Below are positions 6,299 to 11,095 of a stretch of 11,095 nucleotides of DNA, piece by piece (the first letter of the stretch is position 1; each line of letters opens with the position of its first letter). Below the pieces are notes generated by a model. It ran no database searches and was not told the DNA's origin. It was given only the letters and a program-made list of their open reading frames with translations. Both the position numbers and the translations under genes were made by a program. This DNA comes from Candidatus Eiseniibacteriota bacterium (lineage in GTDB: Bacteria; Eisenbacteria; RBG-16-71-46; JABDJR01), in NCBI GenBank assembly GCA_963783375.1, contig CAWANH010000009.1, positions 1-11,095 on the forward strand, written 5' to 3'.

Positions 6299-7492
6299 AT
6301 GACGCGAACCACTCCAGACCACGCCACGGACACTCCGGCGCCTGGGGCGTCTCGGGAACCCTTCCACGCCGCGGCGCCGGGATCCGCTCCCAAGGGACCG
6401 GGGCCCCGTCCGGATGCGCCACCGGCCCCGGTTCCGGATTCCCCCTCCCTCTTCCGTCACGCCGCCGCCCACCGGCGCATCGTGCCCGAGGACCTGCTCC
6501 TGGTCCTCACCTACCGGTGCAATTCCCGGTGCGTGATGTGCGGGATCTGGGAGGCGGACCAATCGGGCAAGGGGGAACTCACCCCGGAGGACTATGCCCG
6601 GGTCATTCCCGATACCCTCCTCAACGTGAACCTCACCGGAGGCGAGGTGTTCCTCCGGAACGACCTCCCCGCGGTGGTGGCCGCGGTGCGCTCCGCCGCT
6701 CCCCGGGCCAAGATCGTGATCTCCACCAACGGCCTTCAACCGCGCCGGACCCGTAAGATGATTCCGGAGATCCTGCGGGCGGATCCCGGGATCGGTTTCG
6801 CGGTCTCGATCGACGGCGAAGAGGATGTTCACGACCGGGTACGCGGCATCCGGGGGGGATGGAAGAAGGCCTACGAGACCGTGCAGGTCCTCCAGGAGGA
6901 GGGGGTCACCAACCTCCGCATCGCCTTCACCGCCACCGTGAACCAGGTCGCCGACAACACTTCGCACCTGGGGAAGATCTACGACCTCGCCCGCCGCACC
7001 GGGGTGGAGTTCACCTGCGCGGTGGCTCACAACTCCGACCACTACTTCAAGACGAGCTCCAACAAGGGGGTGAACGTCGACGAGCTGACCCGGCAGCTGG
7101 ACTACGTGGCCGGGAACGAGCTCCGGAGCGGGAAGCTCAAGAGCTGGCTCCGCGCCTACTTCCACAAGGGCCTGGTGGAGCACGTCAAGGCCAACGTCCG
7201 GCCCACCCCGTGCGAGGCGGCCCATACCAGCCTCATGATCGATCCGGTGGGGGACGTCTATCCCTGCAACATCCTGAACCTGCCGGTGGGTAACATCCGA
7301 AAGACCCCGTTCATGGAGATCTGGCGCTCCCGGAGAATGGAAGAGGTCCGGGACGTGGTACGCGGGTGCAACCAGCCCTGCTGGATGGTCTGCACCGCCC
7401 GGGCCAGCATGCGCCGCGACAAGACCCAGGTGCTCTCCTGGGTGGCCGGGAACAAGGTCAAGGCCCATCTGGGTCGTTCCATCATCCGCTGA
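6299..7492 (+). CDS. Radical SAM enzyme with C-terminal twitch/SPASM-like auxiliary Fe-S domain, ~397 aa
   Basis: LTYRCNSRCVMC (CX3CX2C), NLTGGEVFLR, ISTNG, VSIDG..HDRVRG; C-terminal CEAA..IDPVGDVYPC..VGNIRKTPFMEIW..CNQPCWMVC. Start codon uncertain (Pro-rich N-terminal extension). Confidence 0.93.
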   Translation: MTRTTPDHATDTPAPGASREPFHAAAPGSAPKGPGPRPDAPPAPVPDSPSLFRHAAAHRRIVPEDLLLVLTYRCNSRCVMCGIWEADQSGKGELTPEDYARVIPDTLLNVNLTGGEVFLRNDLPAVVAAVRSAAPRAKIVISTNGLQPRRTRKMIPEILRADPGIGFAVSIDGEEDVHDRVRGIRGGWKKAYETVQVLQEEGVTNLRIAFTATVNQVADNTSHLGKIYDLARRTGVEFTCAVAHNSDHYFKTSSNKGVNVDELTRQLDYVAGNELRSGKLKSWLRAYFHKGLVEHVKANVRPTPCEAAHTSLMIDPVGDVYPCNILNLPVGNIRKTPFMEIWRSRRMEEVRDVVRGCNQPCWMVCTARASMRRDKTQVLSWVAGNKVKAHLGRSIIR

Positions 7493-7625
7493 CCCCCCAC
7501 CGCGGCTCCTCGGTCCCGCCTTCCCTTCGCCGACCTTCCTCCCTCGCCACCGACCTGCCGTCAGCGTTTCCGCGAGGGGACCTCGGATCGGTCGGAGGAG
7601 CCCGAGATTCCCGGCCCCTCCCGGC

Positions 7626-7641
7626 TGCGCCAAATGGCGCA
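7626..7641. promoter_or_regulatory. Palindromic operator-like site
   Basis: TGCGCCA-AA-TGGCGCA in the rSAM/NTase intergenic region; resembles an NtrC-type TGCACCA-N3-TGGTGCA site but with a 2-nt spacer. Confidence 0.35.
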
Positions 7642-7759
7642 ATTTGCCCTCGCCGCCACTCCGGGATCAAGTTCGGAGCGAACCAGGACGATAGTTGAAG
7701 GGACAGGGGATCGTGGCCCTGGGCCCCCGCCCACCTCCGACAATGGGATCCTGACTGGC

Positions 7760-8539
7760 GTGAATATCGAAGCCCTCATCCTCGCCGAGACCGGCAGCCT
7801 TCGACTCCGTCCACTGACGGAGCATCTTCCCACCTGTCTGGTGCCGGTGGGGGGGACCCCCATCCTCGATCACGTGATCCAGGCGCTCCACAGCGCCGGG
7901 GTGGACCACATCACGGTCATCGGAGGATACCGATCGGCCCAGGTGGAGCAGGCCTGCCGGGCGTACGGCGACGTGCGATTCTGCATGAACACCCGCTATT
8001 CGCGGGCGGAGCCCCGCCTGAGCACGCTCCGGGCGGCGGGGGCCATGCCGCCGCGCTCCCTGCTCCTGGTGAGGGGCGAGATGGTATTCGACGGAGTCAT
8101 GATCGAGCAGCTCGTGCGGGGAGGCGATGGGAATCGGGTGGTGGTGGACGCGGCGGGTGATCCGGCCGGAATCTGGTGGCTGACCGCCCGCACCGCCGCG
8201 GCTCTGTTCGCCGCCGCCGGGGACGAGGGAGCCCAGCTCGACTCGGTGGAAGGGCTCTACGACGCGCTTCGGGACGTCCTGGAGCGACACGGACACGAGC
8301 CCGTTGCGGTCAACGGGCATCCCTGGGCCCGGGTCGACACCATGGAAGACCTGGCCCGGGCGCTCAAGGCGCATCGTCAGGTGGCCGAGGCCCGGGTGGC
8401 CCGCCACCAGGAGCGCCTCCGGGTCGAATCCCCCTCAATGCACCCCGCCCGGCCCAACCCTCCGCGGCTTCCCACCCCCCCGATCCCCCCGGCCCGCGCC
8501 AACCTGCCCCGCACGGAGATGAAGCCGATCCACCCCTGA
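7760..8539 (+). CDS. Sugar/phosphocholine nucleotidyltransferase-fold protein (LicC/NTP_transferase-like) with degenerate catalytic motifs, ~259 aa
   Basis: Family similarity begins right after GTG 7760: EALILAETGSLRLRPLTEHLPTCLVPVGGTPILDHVIQAL..GVDHITVIGGYRSAQV, LLVRGEMVFD, WARVDTMEDL. Pro-rich C-terminal tail. No clear RBS, so the start is uncertain. Confidence 0.85.
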   Translation: MNIEALILAETGSLRLRPLTEHLPTCLVPVGGTPILDHVIQALHSAGVDHITVIGGYRSAQVEQACRAYGDVRFCMNTRYSRAEPRLSTLRAAGAMPPRSLLLVRGEMVFDGVMIEQLVRGGDGNRVVVDAAGDPAGIWWLTARTAAALFAAAGDEGAQLDSVEGLYDALRDVLERHGHEPVAVNGHPWARVDTMEDLARALKAHRQVAEARVARHQERLRVESPSMHPARPNPPRLPTPPIPPARANLPRTEMKPIHP

Positions 8540-8579
8540 TTTCGCCGTCCTTGCCGGCGCTCGAGTCGCGTTACGGCTG

Positions 8580-8616
8580 TTGTTGGATAAGGTTGCGGCA
8601 TGGTACGCTCTATGGC
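8580..8616 (+). promoter_or_regulatory. Candidate promoter for the priming transferase gene
   Basis: TTGTTG-N18-TACGCT with extended TG at 8601-8602. The same bases (TGGTACGCTCTATGGC) also resemble a sigma54 box with a non-consensus -12. Confidence 0.35.
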
Positions 8617-8718
8617 GAATAAGCCACGCCAACCGGTGCAAAATGGGGTTTCAGGGGGGCTGTACACCCCGCTCTTCCGCCCAACCGGGAGACCCCCCCA
8701 AGGACGAAATCACAGACC

Positions 8719-10263
8719 ATGACCGCCTGGATCCGAGACCTCTCCGCGCGACAGGTCGCCAGCACGGATTCGATCAGCCCCTCTTCCTTCCCGACCCCCC
8801 CGGTGATGGAGCCCCTTCCCCGTACCCGGGTCATCGTGGCCTTGGCCCTGGTCGATTTCGTGGCCGTAGCCGCCGCGTTCTGGGGAGCGCACCTTCTGCG
8901 CGATTCCTCCCAGGCCCTGGGGCACGCCGCGCGCGTGGCCGTCGCCTCGCTGGCCCTGGCGACGCTGGGAGTGGGCGTGTTCGGGGTGAACGGCCTCTAC
9001 GACCCGAGGGTCGTCGCCCGCGGTGGACGGCAAAGCGCGCCGCTCTTCGGATCCTGGATGATGCTGATGGGCCTGGCCATCCTCGGCATCTTCCTGGCCA
9101 AGGCCGATTCCCCGCTCCGTTCGCGCCTGGCTCTCTTCCTCTTCTTCCTCTTGGGATCCGCCCTCACCTCGGCGGTCCGCGCGGGTGGATGGCGGCCCTG
9201 GCTCACCGCCCGCTATGGACGGCGGCTCCGGGGAGCCCGGGTGATCGTGGGCACCGGCAAGCTGGCGCGGCGAGCCGCCTCCCTCGCCGCCGAGCAGGGG
9301 GAGGCCGAACCCTATCTCGTGGGATTCGTGGACGACCTGACCGATCCCGGAACCGGATTCCGCAATCCCGCGCCCCGGGGGCTCTCCGAACCCTTCCTGG
9401 GAGGCCTCAACGAGGTGCGTCATCTCGCCCGGGAGCATCGCATCACCCAGGTGATGGTGGCCCGGGAGGACCTCTCGAGGGGCCGGCTGGTGGAGCTGGC
9501 CCACGACTGGCTCGACGAGGGGCTTCGGGTGATCCTGGTCTCGAGCGCGTTCGAGGTCATGGTGGCGCGCGCCTCGGCGGGACTCCTGGGCGGCGTTCCC
9601 CTGGTGGAGCTCCGCCGATCGCCGCAACGGGGCTGGGGTCTCACCGCCAAGCGCGTCCTCGACGTTACCTCGGTGACCGCCGGGGGGATCGTGCTCCTTC
9701 CCCTTCTGGCTCTCATCGCCGCGGCCATCAAGCTTACCTCGCCCGGCCCGGTACTCTACAAGCAGGAGCGGGTGGGGCGACAGGGCAGGCGCTTCGTCCT
9801 GTACAAGTTCCGGAGCATGGTGGTGAACAACGATGACGAGGCCCACCGGAACTACGTGAAGTCGCTCATGCGGGGGAATGCGGCGGGGGTCGATGAGCGC
9901 GGGCGCAAGGTCTACAAGATGATGGACGATCCCCGGGTGACCCCGATCGGACGCTTCCTCAGGCGGGCCAGCCTGGACGAGCTGCCGCAGCTCTGGAACG
10001 TCTTCCGGGGGGACATGAGCCTGGTGGGGCCCCGGCCCTGCCTTCCCTACGAGTGGGACCTGTACGAGGAATGGCAGCGTCATCGCCTCGACGTGGTTCC
10101 CGGCATCACCGGCCTGTGGCAGGTCACCGGCCGGAGCCAGGTCTCCTTCGAGGAGATGGTCCTTCTCGACCTGCACTACATCACGAATTGGTCCCTGGGC
10201 CTGGATCTGGCCCTGTTGACCCGCACCATCCCCGTCGTGATCCACGGAAGCGGGGGGCATTGA
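8719..10263 (+). CDS. Priming polyprenyl-phosphate phosphoglycosyl transferase (WcaJ/WbaP-like), 514 aa
   Basis: Four N-terminal TM segments; Rossmann-like VIVGTG domain; AKRVLDV followed by a membrane helix; catalytic domain [76 protein letters not shown]. Alternative start at ATG 8806. Confidence 0.96.
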   Translation: MTAWIRDLSARQVASTDSISPSSFPTPPVMEPLPRTRVIVALALVDFVAVAAAFWGAHLLRDSSQALGHAARVAVASLALATLGVGVFGVNGLYDPRVVARGGRQSAPLFGSWMMLMGLAILGIFLAKADSPLRSRLALFLFFLLGSALTSAVRAGGWRPWLTARYGRRLRGARVIVGTGKLARRAASLAAEQGEAEPYLVGFVDDLTDPGTGFRNPAPRGLSEPFLGGLNEVRHLAREHRITQVMVAREDLSRGRLVELAHDWLDEGLRVILVSSAFEVMVARASAGLLGGVPLVELRRSPQRGWGLTAKRVLDVTSVTAGGIVLLPLLALIAAAIKLTSPGPVLYKQERVGRQGRRFVLYKFRSMVVNNDDEAHRNYVKSLMRGNAAGVDERGRKVYKMMDDPRVTPIGRFLRRASLDELPQLWNVFRGDMSLVGPRPCLPYEWDLYEEWQRHRLDVVPGITGLWQVTGRSQVSFEEMVLLDLHYITNWSLGLDLALLTRTIPVVIHGSGGH

Positions 10264-10301
10264 GAGATGGTGGGGGGGGCGCGGCAATCAGGAGTGTGCG
10301 C

Positions 10302-11095
10302 ATGGTGAAGGTCGGCGTGGTCGGATGCGGATATTGGGGCCCGAACCTGATCCGGAATCTGGTGGAGAACCGCCGGTGCGAGGGCGTGGTGGTCTGCGAC
10401 CTGGAGCAATCCCGGCTGGACTACGTCCGCCAGAGGTTCCCGGTGATCGGCACCACCCTCGACATCCAGGAGATCCTGGACGATCCCGCGATCCCGGCGG
10501 TGGTGATCGCCACCCCGCTCTCCACCCACTTCGACCTGGCCCGCCGCGCCCTCGGCGCGGGGAAACACGTCTTCGTGGAGAAGCCCTTCGCCCATACCTC
10601 GGTCCAGGCCCAGGCGCTGATCGACCTGGCCAAGGCCTCGGGGAAGGTGATCATGGTCGGTCACACCTTCGAGTACTCGCCCGCGGTTCGGAAGATCGGC
10701 GAGGTGATCCGTTCCGGTGAACTCGGCGACGTGTATTACATCTCGTCCACACGGGTGAATCTCGGACTGCACCAGAAGGACGTCTCGGTGGTCTGGGATC
10801 TTGCCCCCCACGATCTTTCCATGATCTTTGCCTGGCTGGGGGAGCACCCGGTCCAGGTGGTGGCGGTGGACGGGACTACGTCCAGCCCGGGCTTCCCGAC
10901 GTGGCTTTCATCGACCTCATCTTCGGTTCCGGCGTCCTGGCCCACGTCCAGGTGTCGTGGCTCTCTCCCTCCAAGCCCGAAACACACCATCGTCGGATCC
11001 CGGAAGATGCTGGTTTACGACGACACCGAACACCTGTGAAGGGTGAAGAGTCTTCGACAAGGGAGTGAACTCTACCGCGATCCCCAGACGTTCGG
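10302..11095 (+). CDS. Gfo/Idh/MocA-family NAD-dependent oxidoreductase (probable nucleotide-sugar dehydrogenase), 3'-truncated and frameshifted near the window end
   Basis: AGGAG (10290-10294) then ATG 10302; VGVVGCGYWGPNLIRN, VIATP..HF, GKHVFVEKP, MVGHTFEY, WDLAPHD. Similarity continues in another frame from 10871 (RDYVQPGLPDVAFIDLIFGSGVLAHVQVSWLSPSK), then TIVGSRKMLVYDD and VFDKGV. Confidence 0.9.

Noticed and set aside
5655-7492. Confident call of a ranthipeptide/sactipeptide RiPP cluster
   Set aside because: The small protein has a Sec-type signal and symmetric disulfide-like Cys spacing; the rSAM lacks an evident RRE and full SPASM Cys set and has its own promoter-like element. Kept only as an alternative hypothesis.
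7635-7647. TGGCGCAATTTGC as a sigma54 promoter
   Set aside because: GG-to-GC spacing is 8 nt, not the required 10.
11037-11039. In-frame TGA as selenocysteine or readthrough codon
   Set aside because: It lies among several nearby indels at a position where the family pattern suggests E-K rather than Cys; no SECIS evident.
1-11095. CRISPR arrays, tRNA/rRNA genes, IS elements, integrases, reverse transcriptases
   Set aside because: No spaced direct repeats, cloverleaf patterns, terminal inverted repeats or relevant protein motifs were seen.

Overview
High-GC bacterial window with nine genes, all on the + strand; the many long minus-strand ORFs look like high-GC shadows. In order: (1) a secreted CspA-like S8 subtilase with a C-terminal FlgD-Ig/T9SS-type-A-like domain; (2) a secreted PrcB_C-like protein ending in a SWGALKAGGY tail, behind an apparent sigma54 promoter with IHF-like sites and an upstream palindrome; (3, 4) two translationally coupled YjbH/GfcD-like outer-membrane proteins that resemble the two halves of YjbH in reversed order; (5) a small exported protein with a symmetric CX3C-X21-CX5C-X21-CX3C core, followed by a strong terminator; (6) a radical SAM enzyme with a twitch/SPASM-like tail; (7) a nucleotidyltransferase-fold protein with degenerate catalytic motifs; (8) a WcaJ/WbaP-like priming phosphoglycosyl transferase; (9) a Gfo/Idh/MocA oxidoreductase running off the end, with several indels in the last ~230 bp that are probably sequencing errors. 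This reads as the start of an envelope polysaccharide/glycosylation locus next to a protease-PrcB pair. The WGxLK tail and FlgD-Ig CTD suggest an FCB-group candidate phylum such as Eisenbacteria, Krumholzibacteriota or Latescibacterota (inference only). The most novel-looking elements are the split YjbH pair with the Cys helical-hairpin protein, the sigma54-driven WGxLK-tail protein beside an EPS locus, and the pseudo-nucleotidyltransferase. All family assignments come from motif recognition by eye; no database searches were run.
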